Numbered from the stretch's first letter, positions 1-13,810 are shown. The stretch is DNA of 64,000 bases from Eledone cirrhosa (GCA_964016885.1 OZ024741.1:225804001-225868000); one strand, 5' to 3'. The notes: generated by a model not told the origin, from the letters alone. Numbers and translations: made by a program.

Positions 1-335
1 ATTGGTAGATTTTTACTCATCTTCTTGATCATTCCATTGATGATTTAAGTTGTATTGGACCATATAAAGTAGTTGTTTTAGAAATGCCGTGTAGTGGAGT
101 TTGATGTCAGCAGATCAAAGAACGAATACTACTTTAAGTATCAGTGGTTATGAGATTCAGTTTCCTTGTAGGTCCTTTTATTTCTTCATATTTTCTTCAT
201 ATTTTTTATTGATTTGCTGGCACCAATGCAATTTGAAAACTCTTTTTCTTTGCGTGGGATGTTCTGACAACAAAACCAGGGACAACAAACAACAATAGAA
301 CTATTTGTGGCTGTCAGTACAAAGTATTACTGGCA

Positions 336-680
336 TGTGAAGGCGCATGGCTTAGTGGTTAGAGCATTGGGTTTGCAATCGGAAGATTGTGAGTTCGATT
401 CTTGGACCGGGTGATGTATTGTGTCCTTGAGCAAGAGACTTAATTTCACGTTCCAGTTTACTTAGCTGTGGAAATGAGTTGCGACGACACTGGTACCCAC
501 CTGTACTGGTCATTGCCTTTCCCTTCGACATCAACGGTGACGTGGAGAGGGGAGACTGGTATGCATGGGCGACTGCTGGTCTGCCACAAAACAACTTTGC
601 CCGGACTTGTGCCTCGGAGGGAAACTTTGTAGGTACAAATCCCATGGTCATTCGTGATCGAAAGGGGTTTTTACCCTGAG
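336..680 (+). mobile_element. tRNA-derived CORE-like SINE
   Basis: A box TGGCTTAGTGG, B box GAGTTCGATTC and CORE-like TGTCCTTGAGCAAGAGACTT. A homologue lies at 30325-30658 (-). Confidence 0.8.
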
Positions 681-681
681 T

Positions 682-770
<89 letters not shown>

Positions 771-771
771 T

Positions 772-960
772 AACGAAGGAAAAGTGGTAAGGAACCAGGT
801 GGACCATAACGCACCAAAGTACTCAATACTTGAGGTAGTAGAGTGGGTAATAGGAACCAGTAAGACCCCGACAGCTGAGCTCAAGCCGTTTCGACGGCTA
901 ATTCTGAATTAGCCGTCGAAACGGCTTGAGCTCAGCTGTCGGGGTCTTACTGGTTCCTAT
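772..960 (-). mobile_element. Fold-back insert family A (putative PLE terminus with the 3' half of an HHR) in (TA)n
   Basis: Perfect 55-bp-arm palindrome at 850-960 centred on 905. Contains GAAA-CGGCT-tgagctc-AGCTG-TC. (TA)n on both sides. Confidence 0.75.
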
Positions 961-1437
961 ATATATATTTATATATATATGTATATATAGAAACATACAC
1001 ATACATATATGTATAAACGTGACTGTGTGTGTGAGTATGTATTAGAATGAGTTTAAAATATTCAAATATTAACTGAATGAGCACTGAATATTGATTGGTA
1101 GAGTGATATGGTATTAGATAATAGATGTCTGTGTTCTTGCTCACAGCGAAGTAGACTTTGCCTTACATCATTTGGAGTTTGGTGAATAAAATAACATTCC
1201 AATACTGAGGTTGACTCCTCCTCTCTCTGTGGAATGAGTCGAAGGTAACTAATAATGACTCACCACACCACTGCCACAGTGAGTCGAAAGAAAGAGGATG
1301 TAAATAATATGAAAGATGAGAAAGGTTTGTTTGTCAAACTACCAAAGAGAAACATAACTCGAGGATACAGTTTTGGCGGTTCATCTCTACTTAGAAAAAT
1401 ATATTTCTATATTTTATTCAACAGTGTTGTATGCTTA

Positions 1438-1487
<50 letters not shown>

Positions 1488-1491
1488 GACA

Positions 1492-1585
<94 letters not shown>
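1438..1585 (+). repeat. (ATCT)n microsatellite
   Basis: Seen directly. Further tracts at 2761-2830, 8633-8658 and 9140-9220 separate the retrotransposon copies. Confidence 0.95.
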
Positions 1586-1586
<1 letters not shown>

Positions 1587-2759
1587 GTCAACACCCTTCG
1601 AAAGGAGGGCTGGGGATGCCGTGGCTAATGATGCGTAAACATGCATTAAGTCTACGGCACCTCTACGTATTCCTCACCGGTCAACCGGTGTGGGCCTCGT
1701 TTGTGAGACGAACCTTTCCTAGACTCGTCTCACTCATCGAGCTGCAATCCTGGGTCAAGCAAAGACCGAGAAAACTGGGCGCCTGGCACACTGAGTGTGC
1801 CCAGGCGCTCACCGCCCTCTGGCAGGCGGATCCGGTTATCAGTGGAGACTCCACCGCAACATTCTATAGAGGGCTGGTACGCAGCAGGTGCGACGACGCC
1901 CTCGGAGAAGTCCTAGACATGGAGGAGGATGAACTGGCCAGCCTGTTCGGTAGGACATTCAGCCCGGGACCTATGGACAACTTCCAGAAGTCCCTGGCCT
2001 GGCAGTGCTACCGAGGGGCTCTACCCGTTCGAGAAAAGCTCTACAGACACGGGCGCCCGGGTAGGGACCCCGCCAAAAAGATCTGTCCCAGATGCGTGTG
2101 CGACGAGGAAACCGTTGCACACGCATTGGTACACTGCTCGGGCGTAGCCGATCTGTGGGGCTATGTCGAACAACTGCTGTCAAGGGTGGGACCGATCCGG
2201 TTGACCACCGAGTCTATTGTAATGATCAAGCCGCCTCCCCCCTTCAAAGATGAAGCAGAGGCGGTGTTTCTGTGCGTAATAGCCATGGCGAAAGAGGTTG
2301 TATGGTGGACGCGTCTGAAAGGACTGAGGTCAGGCACCTTTCTCTCTGGCCAACAACTGGTCCGTTTCTTCCGATATCATTTCGGAAGAAGGATCAGGAT
2401 GGAGAGAGAGGTGCTCCATCCCAGTCGTTTTTATGAAAGGTGGGTGAAAGTGGCGAGAATGGCCCGTGTGAATGGGCCTTCTCTTTACATAAGCCTGTAG
2501 ATGGAAAAGAGGAAGGAACGAGGGAGCGCCCCCTCTCTGTGCTCCTGAGGAAAAGGGTTGCACACTTTTTTCGGGGGTGTGTGCGACCCCCCCAAGGCGC
2601 CTCCTCTCTATTGAGGATTTTGTTATGAATTTTATTTTTTGTTATATATTATTTTTATATATTGTTATTGCCTCCTCCTTATTGAGGACGCCTTTTTGTG
2701 TAAACTCCCCCCTTGTACTTGTCCCACTTTTGATGCCCTGGTGGCAAATAAAAGAAACA

Positions 2760-2760
<1 letters not shown>
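1586..2760 (+). mobile_element. 5'-truncated Tx1-like non-LTR retrotransposon (ORF2 C-terminus and 3' UTR)
   Basis: Intact frame CQHPSKGGLGMPW...KICPRC..DEETVAHALVHC...SLYISL*. Ends AATAAAAGAAACAT then (ATCT)n. Homologous to about 7480-8632. Confidence 0.92.
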
Positions 2761-2816
<56 letters not shown>

Positions 2817-3043
2817 GTCTATCTATCTATCTCTCTACCAGACGTGTGTAACTTCGCGGAGATGTTTCCGTTATTTTATGTAAGAAAAATCATGAGTTTT
2901 CAGTTAAATTTTATATTATTGTGTAACTTGACCCCCCGTCTGGACCTTCAGGGGGTGGGTCAATTCATTTTTGCCCCTACAGGGGCGAAATGTTCGTTTG
3001 AAAAATTTGTTCTCCATCGAATTTTGGAAAAAGTTCAACGATA

Positions 3044-4918
3044 ATGGTGGTGGAGACTCGGTAAGACTACAGAGCTCGCAGTCAACATCGTCTTATTCCC
3101 TAGATACTATAGAGATGCAAAGACGAAATGAAAATGTAAAAACAAATTCATATCCAAACAACACAAATGACACCAAACAGTTCAATGACAAAAAAAATAA
3201 CAGCAACACCAATCATGATGATAAAAACAACAATGATAAAAACAACAAATAAAAAAATAAAGACAACACCAATAACACCAGCATCAAAGACAACAACAAC
3301 ACCAACACCAAGGAAAATACGAATAATATCAACATCGGTGACAACAAGAATAATGACAACACCACCAACACGGATAATTCCACAAAGAAACCAAAAATCT
3401 CCTTTGCACAAGCAGTTCAGAAAAAGGAGGAACTGACATATCTCGACATAACAAATGCCGATCAACTTTTAAAGGACGCTAGGAGATATGTCACTTTCGA
3501 AAAAATGGTGCTTTCAGCATCAATTCTCCGGTAGAAATTCGCAAGGAAACTGCTCTCAAAACGATAGTTTTTAGGACAGTTTCCAATTCTACCCGAAAAC
3601 CAGTCCAATTGTCACAGAAAGAAATTGAAATGGTTTTCAAAAATTCAATGAATGATATTGCATTCATTCAAAGAAGCAAACGTTTGGGGAGTATTTCGGT
3701 ACTCATGAAGGATCAATTGACGGCCCAAAATTACTCTGTGTCGCCAATTGTATCCAACCTGTACACCCTTTTCCCTACATACACGGCAAAAAGGACACAA
3801 AAGATCAAAATCACGAGTGTCACACCAAAGGTGAACATATGGTGGATACTGTGCGGCTTCATCAATTTTGATGAAGACAGAATACTGTCAGTAGGAAAGT
3901 CCCCCAGAGATGTATTCAATGGGACTTGCATTGAAGTTCTGGTGCAAATGAGACCAGAGCGAATAACTATGATCCCACAACGTGTACTCCTGGACGGACA
4001 CACCTACATAAACTTTTCGGTTGTGGGTAGGCGGCCTTCATGTTACCATTGCTTTAGCAGGGGTCACCTGAGGGCTTCCTGTCCTAAATTAATGAGTAAA
4101 AAAAAGGCTCTTCTGCCGACACCCATCAAAACAACACAACCACCAACACCACCACAACAATAACACCAACACACAAAAAATAACCACAACAAACACAGTC
4201 CCACCCAACCCCACTCCACCTAAAACCACTGCAAAATCACATACAGACACAACAGCTCCCCAAGACATACCCCTCCCCAATCACCAACGATACAACAGAT
4301 GAGGCCATCCCGCCATCACCCAGTGAAGACGAGGGAGAACCCCATCGCTCGAAAAGAAAGAAAAGACATCACAAAAGCAAAAAACCAGCAAACACTACCA
4401 CAAACATACAACCACCAACATAAACAACACAAACATCACAAACAAAACCCCCACCTCCTGAAAACAAAATACCTACAACAAAACGAAAGCACACACAAGA
4501 ACTACAGACAAAAACAAACACAACACAAGAAAATTACACTTACACTTACATAAACACTGAAAACAAAACACTAATGGAGACCATCACAAACGACCCTTCG
4601 GTGAAAACCGAAGGGAAAACTCTCGCCCACTCTATTAAAAATAACAAAAAACTGAACCTAAAACTGATTAGGGTCCCTATACAAACTTATAGGTCCCTAA
4701 AAGAAACATTTGAGAAGGATGTGGGGAATTCCTGTGTGAAACCACTTAACCGCGTCCTTCTCAAATGTCTCCCCACCCCAGACACCCCCATCCCACCAGA
4801 CCCCACCCCACCAAACATCTCCGTCCCCACCCCGCCGGAAACCACCACCAATTTCAGACAACCCCTCCAACACCTCCATGGAAATCGTGCGGCCTGGTCC
4901 CCAGGAGACGAATGGTGA
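3044..4918 (+). pseudogene. Disrupted ORF1 (gag-like, CCHC zinc knuckle) of the Tx1-like element
   Basis: Fragment 3609-4163 has CYHCFSRGHLRASC (CX2CX4HX4C). Thr/Pro/Asn-rich flanks are split by stops and frameshifts. The start position is approximate. Confidence 0.75.
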
Positions 4919-4955
4919 GTGATCTCTTTTCCTCTTTTAACTTTTCAGCACCAAC

Positions 4956-7900
4956 ATGACCAATATAAGAGTTGCATGTGTGAACGTACGCGGCCTGGAG
5001 ATGCCCTGGAAACAGGGCAAACCCTTAAACGACCTCAGGTCGCACAGTATGGATGTGGTAGCCATTTGCGAGTCCAGGATCCACAGCGAGCGACAGCTGG
5101 CCCCCATCTTCGATGACTTTGAGATCTACGCATCTCTCTGTCAACCAGGGAGTGGGGGCGGAGTTGCCGCTTTGCTGCGGAAACACCTGGGCCTCGTAAC
5201 ACAGACGGTACATCTGGACCCGGAGGGTCGACTGGTGGTCCTAGACGTTGACGGTAGTGAAGGTGGAGCCTTCAGGCTGATGGCCGCATATGCCCCATCC
5301 GGGACACCGCGGCCAGACTTCTTCAAACGTCTAGAGACTTTTCTGGGAACGTCCCGCTCCTTGCTTTTAGTGGGGGACTGGAATGGAATCCTAGATGCAC
5401 GTTGGGACTATGTAGGAGCATGTCCCGATAAAGGGGGGTGTAACAGCCTCAAACAGTTAATCGACCGATTTGAGCTGGCCGATAGATATCGACTAGATTT
5501 TCCGACTGCGCAACTGTGGACGGGGACTAATCACAGCGGAACATCTAGATCGTACCTAGATAGGGTTCTAGTTAGAAATAAGGATAGGGACATGTTAAGC
5601 TGTCCACAAATGTTCATGGTTGCCTATTCAGATCACAAACTAGTGACCTGCATGGCCAACCTTGATAGAATCCATAGACAAGGACCCGGCTACTGGAAGC
5701 TGAACTTGTCGTTACCGACAAGCAAAGCCTACAGTAGACGGATTAGCACTTTAGTTAAACAGCACTTGACAGGGGCCATTGTCAACAACAGATGGTGGTA
5801 CTCTCTCAAGAGGGCAGTTAGATTAGACTCGTTAGTTTTTAGTAAAGAATTAGCGTTAGATAGAAATAGAACCGAGAAGGAACTGGTAGATAAAGTAGAA
5901 GAGGCAATTAGAAGTGGCAACGTAGCCAGCCTGCTAGCAATGAGAACGGCCTTGGACCAGTTCTTCGACTCAAAGCACGAGGGCTGCATCGTCAGAAGCA
6001 AAATACGTGCTCTGGGAAACGAGGGAGCCAAAGCTGTTAGCTGGGCCCGAGTGACGGAGGCAAAAAGTGGCAACAAGTCCACGATTCGGTCTTTGAAGGA
6101 CCAAAACGGACGCGTGATACGTGAGCCGAAGCAGATGTGTGCGGCCTTTCAGCGGCACTTTGCTCAACTGGACCGGCGGGGCGGCGCGTCGGGAGGGGCT
6201 ATGGATTTCGGTCCATACCTTGACGGCCTACCGCGACTCTTGGACAGCGAGGCAAAGTTCTGGGAAAAGCCGATTTCAGCCGCTGAGATACGGGACGCGC
6301 TGAGCCAATGCGGCAAACGCAAATCTCCAGGTCTCGACGGTCTATCCTACGAATTTTACGTAGCAATGCCGGACTTATTCTCCGGTCTCTTGGAAGCGGT
6401 CTACTGCAACTGGCAACAGAACGGGAGAATTCCCAGTTCTGTAACCGGGGGCGTAGTCACACTAATCAGGAAGGACGAGAATAAGGGGGATGACATAGGA
6501 AACTTCCGGCCCATAACTCTGTTAAATACAGAGTTACAGATTTTGGCCAAGGTGTTGGCAAAGAGGCTGGCGCTTGTCGTCGAGAACCTCGTGGGAGAAA
6601 CGCAGACATGCGCAATCCCGACCAGGTCCATACACGACAACCTCCACCTCATGCGATATATCATAGAGAGGTTAGGGTGTAAACCCGGCTTCGGTGGGGC
6701 CCTGATCAACTTGGATCAGTCTAAGGCTTTCGATAGGGTTGACCATCGTTACCTGGATGCGGTGCTCGAGGCGGCAGGCTTCGGACCCGTGATCAGGGGC
6801 TGGATTGCTGCAATGCACAACAGCAACATCTGCTCAAGGGTCAAGGTGAACGGCTACCTCTCGGAGCCGTTCCATATTACGCGATCCATTCGACAGGGAT
6901 GCCCTCTCTCCTCCCTTCTGTACGTACTGACTCTAGAGCCACTACTGCGGAAGTTGGAGCTATTGCAGGGCATCCCTCTGGAACCGGGACTGCGGAAAGC
7001 GGCGTCGGCCTACGCCGACGACTTGATAATAATGGTGTCGAGCGCCTCGCAAATCGAGGAAGTCGGCACCTTACTGAAGGAATACGAAAGTTTCACAGGA
7101 GCGAAGCTGAACCGGGACAAGTCCATCGGTTTGCAACTCGGATCGCGGAGAGGCAAACTGGTGCCTTCCGATGGCGTCGTCGGACGCTGGACGGAAGGAC
7201 CGATAAAGCTGCTCGGGGTCTGGTTTGTTCCGGACCTCCAGGTGGAGAAGAACTGGAACGAAGTGACGGCCAAGGTGTTTGCACTCACCCAGAAGTGGGC
7301 CGAGTGCAAACTATCCTTGAAAGGTCGAGCGGAGGTGGCGAACACTTTTATAGCGTCCGCCATCTACTACCGCTTGACCGTCGTGCCTTGTCCAGCCAAA
7401 ACGCTCGCCAAAATGGAACGCGCGCTCTTCCAATTCCTTTGGAAGAGGCGGGCTCCTTTGGTGAGAAGATCCATCTGCTGCCAACACCCTTCTAACGGAG
7501 GGCTGGAGATGCCGTGGTTGACGATGCGCAAACACGCGCTCATGCTGCGGCATCTCTCCGTATTCCTCACCGGACAAACGGTATGGGCCTCGGTCGTGAG
7601 GCGAGCCTTCCCACGACTCGTCTTGCTGACCGAGCTGCAGTCCTGGGTCAAGCAAAGACCGAGGAAAATGTACGACTGGCACATCGAATGTGCTCAGGCG
7701 CTTACAGCCCTCTGGCAGGCGGACCCGGCGATCACTGGAGACTCCACTTCGTCATTCTATAGAGGGTTGATCCGCAGCAAGTGCGACGACGCGCTCGGTG
7801 AAACTCTAGGCGTAGAGGAAGATGAACTGGCCAGTCTGTTCGGTAGGACGTTTGGCCCGGGACGGATGGACAACTTCCAAAAGTCCCTGGCCTGGCAGTG

Positions 7901-8392
7901 ATACCGAGGAGCTCTACCAGGTCGAGACAAGCTCTACAGACATGGGCGCCCGGGCAGGGACCCTGCAAAAAAATCTGTCCGAGGTGCGTGCGAGACGAAG
8001 AAACCGTCGCGCACGCATTCATACACTGCCCGGGCGTCACTGACCTGTGGGGCTATGTAGAACGACTATTGTCGCGGGTGGGACCAATCCGGTTGACCAC
8101 CGAATCCATTGTCATGATCAAACCGCCACCCTCCTTCAAAAACGAAGGAGAGGCGGTTTTCCTTTGTGTGATAGCTATGGCGAAAGAGGTTGTATGGTGG
8201 ACAAGGTTGAAAGGGCTGATGTCAGACACCTTTCTCTCCGGCCAACAACTGATTCTTTTTTTCAAATACCACTTTGGAAGAAGAGTCAGGATGGAGAGAG
8301 AGGTGCTCTACCCCAGCAAGTTTTATGAAAGGTGGGTGAAAGTGGCGAGAATGGCCCGAGTGAATGGGCCTTCTCTCTATATCAGCCTGTAG
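4956..8392 (+). pseudogene. ORF2: AP endonuclease, reverse transcriptase and C-terminal zinc finger, with a premature stop at 7899-7901
   Basis: APE motifs NVRGL, GDWN, SDH; Tx1-like GPGYWKLN; RT motifs KSPGLDG, NFRPITLLN, DQSKAFDRV, RQGCPLS, YADD. The stop TGA corresponds to TGC in the 1586-2760 copy. The C-terminus continues in another frame to 8392. Confidence 0.93.
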
Positions 8393-8658
8393 GTTGAGGA
8401 AAAAGAGGAGGAGAAGAAGGGAGTACAAACTCTTCGTACTCCTGGAGATGAGGGTTGCACATTTTTTCGGGGGTATGTGTTACCGATATAAACTGTCTCC
8501 CCCTATTGGGGAAAATCGACTAACTTTTTAAATTGCATTTGTGATAACATTTTACACGTTTTTATTGAATGTAAACTTCCCCCTTTGTATTTGTCCCCTT
8601 CTTTTGTGCCCCTGTGGCTAATAACGAAACATATCTATCTATCTATCTATCTATCTAT

Positions 8659-9135
8659 AGGCGCCTTTCCTCTGTGTAATGGCTATGGTGAAAGAGGTTA
8701 TATTGTGGACGAGGCTGAAACGGCTGAGGTCAGACACCTTTCTCTCCGGCGAACAACTAGTTCGCTTCTTCAAATATAACTTTAGAAGAAGAATCAGAGT
8801 GGAGAGAGAGGTTCTGCACCCTAGCAAATTTTACTAAAGGTGGGTGAATGTGGCAAGAATGGCCCGAGTGGTTGGGCCTTCTCTCTATATAAACCTGTAG
8901 GTTGGGGAAAAAGAGGAAGAGAGGAAAGGAGCGCTCGCTCTTCGTGCTCCTGCAGATGAGGGATGTACATTTTTTCGGGGTGTGTACAACCCATGTGTCA
9001 CGCTTCTCCCCTATTGGGGATTTCAATTGTTATCTGTTTTTTTATTTATTAGTTCTATTTTTATACGCTTGTATGTAAACTCCCCACTTTGTATTTGTCC
9101 CCATCTTTTGTGCCCCTGTAGCAAATAAAGAAATA
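8659..9135 (+). mobile_element. Third, short 5'-truncated Tx1-like copy
   Basis: Degenerate homologue of about 8150-8632, flanked by (ATCT)n. Confidence 0.9.
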
Positions 9136-9235
9136 TATTTATCTATCTATCTATCTCTCTACCTACCTACATATCTATCTATTTATCTATCTATTTGCCT
9201 ATCTTCCTACCTATCTACCTATTCTCACTCTCTCG

Positions 9236-9311
<76 letters not shown>

Positions 9312-9317
<6 letters not shown>

Positions 9318-9620
9318 TAAAGAAGACGAAAAACCAGTGATGCATCTGGACTCAATTTATTGCGTGTTACAATTGTTTCGCCGGCAGGTAACTCGAGACA
9401 TGGTCCCTGTATGGATCTGGCTGAATCAGCCAGATCCATACAGGGACCATGTCTCGAGCTACCTGCCGGCGAAACAATTGTAACACGCAATAAATTGAGT
9501 CCAGAAGCACCACTGATTTTTCGTTTTCTTTATACTATCTACAGTCTACTCTGCTGAATATTGAGTGCTAATTTTGGCATACCGCCTATGGAAGCACCAT
9601 AGCTACCATTATACACAAGT
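9312..9620 (+). mobile_element. Fold-back insert family B (3' half of an HHR) in (TA)n
   Basis: Near-perfect palindrome with 113-bp arms at 9312-9538, centre 9425. GAAA-CAATTG-TA at 9471-9482. Unique tail runs to about 9620. Confidence 0.78.
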
Positions 9621-9650
9621 ATATATATATATATATATATAGATATATAG

Positions 9651-9800
9651 ATCTGGAAGCTCAAGCTGGACAGGCCCCGTACTCTCTGACCTGGTCCAAA
9701 ATTAGGAAAGTACCATCTGATAAAGGGGGATCTGGCATCTGCAAACTGTGTCTGACCGAAACCCTCGAGATACTCAGCGTTGGAAGCAGCCTGACAACCA
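9651..9800 (+). mobile_element. PLE GIY-YIG endonuclease C-terminal remnant
   Basis: Frameshifted IWKLK...YSLTWSKIRKVPSDKGGSGICKLCLTETLEIL resembles IWSLK...CDLCTAEALEIL in the 15002-15460 fragment. Confidence 0.65.
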
Positions 9801-10083
9801 TCAGGACTGACTTCTCCGGGACATGTAGACACCTCAGGGCCTGGACCTTCCTCAAGCTATATGGGCAATAACAACACATTGGGATGGGAACTTCCCTCAA
9901 GCTATAGGGACAGTAGCCCCGCCACACCGAGCCCACGGTAAACCACCCCCTACACAATCACCACCCCTACCCCTGCTTCGATCGACTCCTATGGCAACAC
10001 ATACTTATGCATATGTCCATACATGGATACTGTTGTTTAAGATTGTGCATACATAGATACTTACATGTGTGTGTGTGTGCATG

Positions 10084-10114
<31 letters not shown>

Positions 10115-10967
10115 GAGTGTGTGTGTGTGTATAATGTGTGTGTTTGTGTGTGTGTGTATCTGTGTGCATATGGGATGCACCTGAGCCTGTCTTTGTGTGT
10201 GTGTGTGCTTGCAACGATGTGCGTTGACATAACGAATATGGACTCTATGCCGAAATAAAAACTGTAGTCCTCTGCATTTCCGGATTTTGACACTCAGGTT
10301 CTGGTGTTTTACACTCCACCCTTGTCTCATTTGCTCTTAAAAGGCACCACCCCATGATAGTGTAAGGATTGTAATCCTTTGCACTTCTCGATTCTGACAC
10401 ACAGCCTTTCTACTTCAGTCAATATTTTCCAAATCTTTCAAACTTTGATATTGGTTGTAACACACACGCATTTTATTTTATTGTATTATTTTATTTTTTT
10501 ATTTCTACATTTTATTGTATCTTATTTTTTTTTATTTCTTCATTTTACTTTATCTTATTTCTTTATCTGTTTGGCACCCCCACCACGTGAAATGGTGGCA
10601 GGATAGATGCCAACCCACACACACAAATTCTTCTGAACATAGCAGCAGCCGAACTAAAGTTGACCTGCCAGCTGACCCCTTAACACCACTACCACTATCA
10701 ACACAAGGGAGGGGGTCAGCTGTACTTAACAAAAACAACCACAACAGATTGTCTTGCTTCAGAAAATTTCTATAGACTTTTGACTGAGGAATGTTCTCAC
10801 AACTGGCCAATGGGAGGAGAGAGTGTCCTTTGACGCCGAAATTCGCTTGTTCGAATTCATATGATTCCAGTTCCTCAAAGGAATAACAACCCAACCAGGA
10901 GCTGGACATATCGGAGTATTGACGGAGTAAAACACTTCAACAACATGTGTCTCTACCACACCAATTT

Positions 10968-11025
10968 GGACTGCCTGAAGAGGTCCAGCCAATGATGGCT
11001 GTCACCGAAATATATATAACAGTAC
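10968..11025 (+). ncRNA. Type I hammerhead ribozyme motif, stem I slightly degenerate
   Basis: ggactgc CTGAAGA ggtccagcc-aatgat-ggctgtcacc GAAA tatata TA acagtac. Confidence 0.7.
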
Positions 11026-11948
11026 ATCTTTAATAAACGAGGCCAAATTTTAAATATTTGACTTAATTATTTTATACATGTATACACAACGTGATTAGTG
11101 CTATCGTTGCTCTGTTATATATATTGTGTGTTAGTTTAGCCTGCCACAATGTTCGATTTGTCAGGCTTTTTAAACGTATGTTATTACTCTAAGGACCTAT
11201 CTTATCGAGTGCTTTGCTAACTCATCATCTCATATAAGTAGGCCGAATTCACTTGCAAACCGCCAGAGATTCGATTTTACTGATTTCCAATTATATATAT
11301 ATATATATATATTTAAAAGAATAGAGGTGTAACACACAAGTTATTATATATTGGTAAACGGAATAGAAAATGCTGACAAATTGTTCACAGTGAAAAATAG
11401 TTTAATTAGGAATAAGTGAGAATTAGTAATTGTATTGGTTAGTATTCAGTTTTGGTTTTAAGTTTTACCGGTTGCGCATTTCTAATGCTTTTCAAAAATA
11501 ATTTTGAGATAGAGCGTCCGTGATGTTTGCTCTGATCTGATTAGTTTTGGGAATTCTACCTGTTTTTATGTTAAAAAAGTGGCTCCAGCGGTATTAAAAT
11601 AAGTTTTGCGCCAATTCGTGTTGCAAAAATTCTTGTGGTCAAAACAATTTTGATTGGTCGGTAGAGGTCATGTGAATGTAAAAAATTGATTTTGCGCCAA
11701 ATGTAGGTTTGTGTCGGCTGACTGAGAAATGACTCTTTCACAACAAATATGTGTGTGTGTGTGTAGTAGTAGTAAAGTGTTTGTTGTTGTGATAATGGTC
11801 AGCAGGGATGTGTGTGCGAACCGCAGCCTGTTGACAGTTCAAATGCCTATTTGATATCGAAGTTATCAGGACGGTTGGTTCTGGTTCAGTGGGAGCCTTC
11901 AAACTGGATGATGGTCCTACTAGCCGCTAGTACTATATCTATATCTTT

Positions 11949-12490
11949 TTAAGTGAGGTTAGTGTTAGACTTAGCTAAGATGAGTGCCTTATTTAAGAGT
12001 ATGGGGGAGATAAATGCGTAGTAGCTTTCTATGTCAAACTGGATGAACTTCAGGGTCGCTTTATCAGGTAACTCGGTGAACCAATTAATGACCTGGTCGG
12101 TGTTGCTCCAGAGGCAGACCTTGGCTTTGCTAATAAGCTCCAGTAGTACTCTATCGAGGATCACTTTACTAATCTTACCTATATCAGATGTAGAGGGACA
12201 TATTAATCTAATAGAGGGGCTTTCATTAAAGTTACATTTGTTATCCTTAAGAGAGAATCTAGGCGTCAAAGGGACATATGTTGGTGTACTTATCTATGTC
12301 TAAGCAAGTAACTATATCCTTCCCTACTCTATTTTTGTCGTTTAAGGTACTAATGGGTGTCTTTTTATAGTCTTTGTGTAGTTCTTTATAGATGAATTGT
12401 TTATACTAGCTCGCGTCCATCTTATACAGCTTCTTGGTTTTGTCAGAGGTAACGAAGAGGTGTGGGTCATTCTTGATCTTGGTGATGAGT
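11949..12490 (-). mobile_element. PLE reverse transcriptase N-terminal remnant
   Basis: LKDNKCNF..PSIRLICPSTSDIGKISKVILD...LWSNTDQVINWF...FIQFDIESYY. Upstream KIKNDPHLFVTSDKT resembles the PLE ADK motif. Family assignment is from memory. Confidence 0.75.
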
Positions 12491-13458
12491 ACGTCCAGGG
12501 ATGTTAAGAATGGATGTTAAGACCTACAGTACCGGTATGTCCCACTGTAGGCTATGTGATCTAGAATTACTGTATATCCTTAGAAATGTAAAAAGGCTAC
12601 TTAACAACAAGTTAGAAAGATCTATCTTCTGCAGACACAGGATCGCCACTAAATTCACAAGATTTAAACCTCCGTGAATCGAACCGACGTAACCTAGCTT
12701 TCAACTTAGGATACCCACTACACTGCACGACCCACCACAGAAATATAATCATTAAGTACATTCTAGCCTTCTTAGTTCTATACCACACTAATGTCTGTAA
12801 GTACCTCATCAACCCATAAGCATATCTCTTCTCAGCTGCTGTCAGCAGTTGAACCTAAATCCAAGAACATTTCAAAATACTACTACAATAGAACTTTTCC
12901 TTCCTCCTGTTATAATTATAGTCAGCATGTTTTCTCTGTATATGTATGTATATATGTGGATCTCTCTCTATATAGATATGTTTGTGTGCATGTATGTATA
13001 TATATATATTGCCTCCTTAACCTCTGTATTAACTTGCCCATTATATTGCTACTCTGTTAATGTTGTCCTATACATGTATGTTATTGATGAGGAGAAAGCT
13101 AGACAACCCTTTCATCTAATATAGACCACACAAATCTCACTACAGTGATAAATTCTTCATCTGTCAGATAATAAACGATTCTTACGGCCACCAGCTCTAT
13201 ATTGTTTAAAGCCACCGGCTTATCTTTACACTAGATATAATACACCCCATGACAGCTTTTACATGTCAATTTTATACATCTGCCTCATGTCAGCTAGTTT
13301 TACACGCTAAAATCGTAGATATACTATACTTCCCACCTAGATTGATGTTGTGATTATTTCAAATAATTTATTGCTAGCATTGTTAGTATTGTTGTTATTG
13401 TTCAGATTGAATGCTATTACTACTATATATAGTAGCCATGCCTGTATATTCTTTTCAT

Positions 13459-13579
13459 TCTCACAAGCTCCGATGAATTGACTGGTTATAACTATGTATT
13501 GGTGATCGAATAACGTGAAAATAAGCGGGTAGCGATCTCTAGACCTACCAGTTCAGAGAAACAATTGTCAGCAATGAGA
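13459..13579 (+). ncRNA. Type I HHR with CCGATGA core and 81-nt stem II
   Basis: tctca-caa-gct CCGATGA [ttgactggt...accagttca] GAAA caattg TC agc-aa-tgaga. Predicted cleavage after 13569. Confidence 0.68.
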
Positions 13580-13810
13580 TTAAAAACGTTTTTTGTATAG
13601 CAAACCGTGTCACTCTTCTTTCCTGGTTTATCATTACTCCAAGTGTTTACAACATAGGAATTACAGCGTACTCGCAGCATCACTATGTTGAGTCAAACTT
13701 AGCCATGCGTTGATATCATCTACTACCCGGAGTACCATAACTGGACTACACTTAAGTGGACTACCTATAACAATAATTTGTTACCCCGTATATATATATA
13801 TATATATATA

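Larger units (their letters stand above)
2833..8632 (+). mobile_element. Near full-length, mutated Tx1/L1-clade non-LTR retrotransposon
   Basis: 5' UTR, broken ORF1, APE-RT ORF2 and 3' UTR, with (ATCT)n on both sides. Confidence 0.93.

Noticed and set aside
341-415. tRNA gene
   Set aside because: The A and B boxes run straight into a SINE body, so it is a SINE head and not a cloverleaf tRNA gene.
1373-1585. YLSI-repeat N-terminus fused to the retrotransposon C-terminus
   Set aside because: Chance in-frame read-through of (ATCT)n.
7899-7901. In-frame TGA at a Cys codon as possible selenocysteine or readthrough
   Set aside because: The paralogous copy has TGC and a frameshift follows shortly after, so this is an ordinary nonsense mutation.
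11465-11525. Minus-strand GAAATGCGCA resembling the family D HHR
   Set aside because: No recognisable CTGANGA or stem I.
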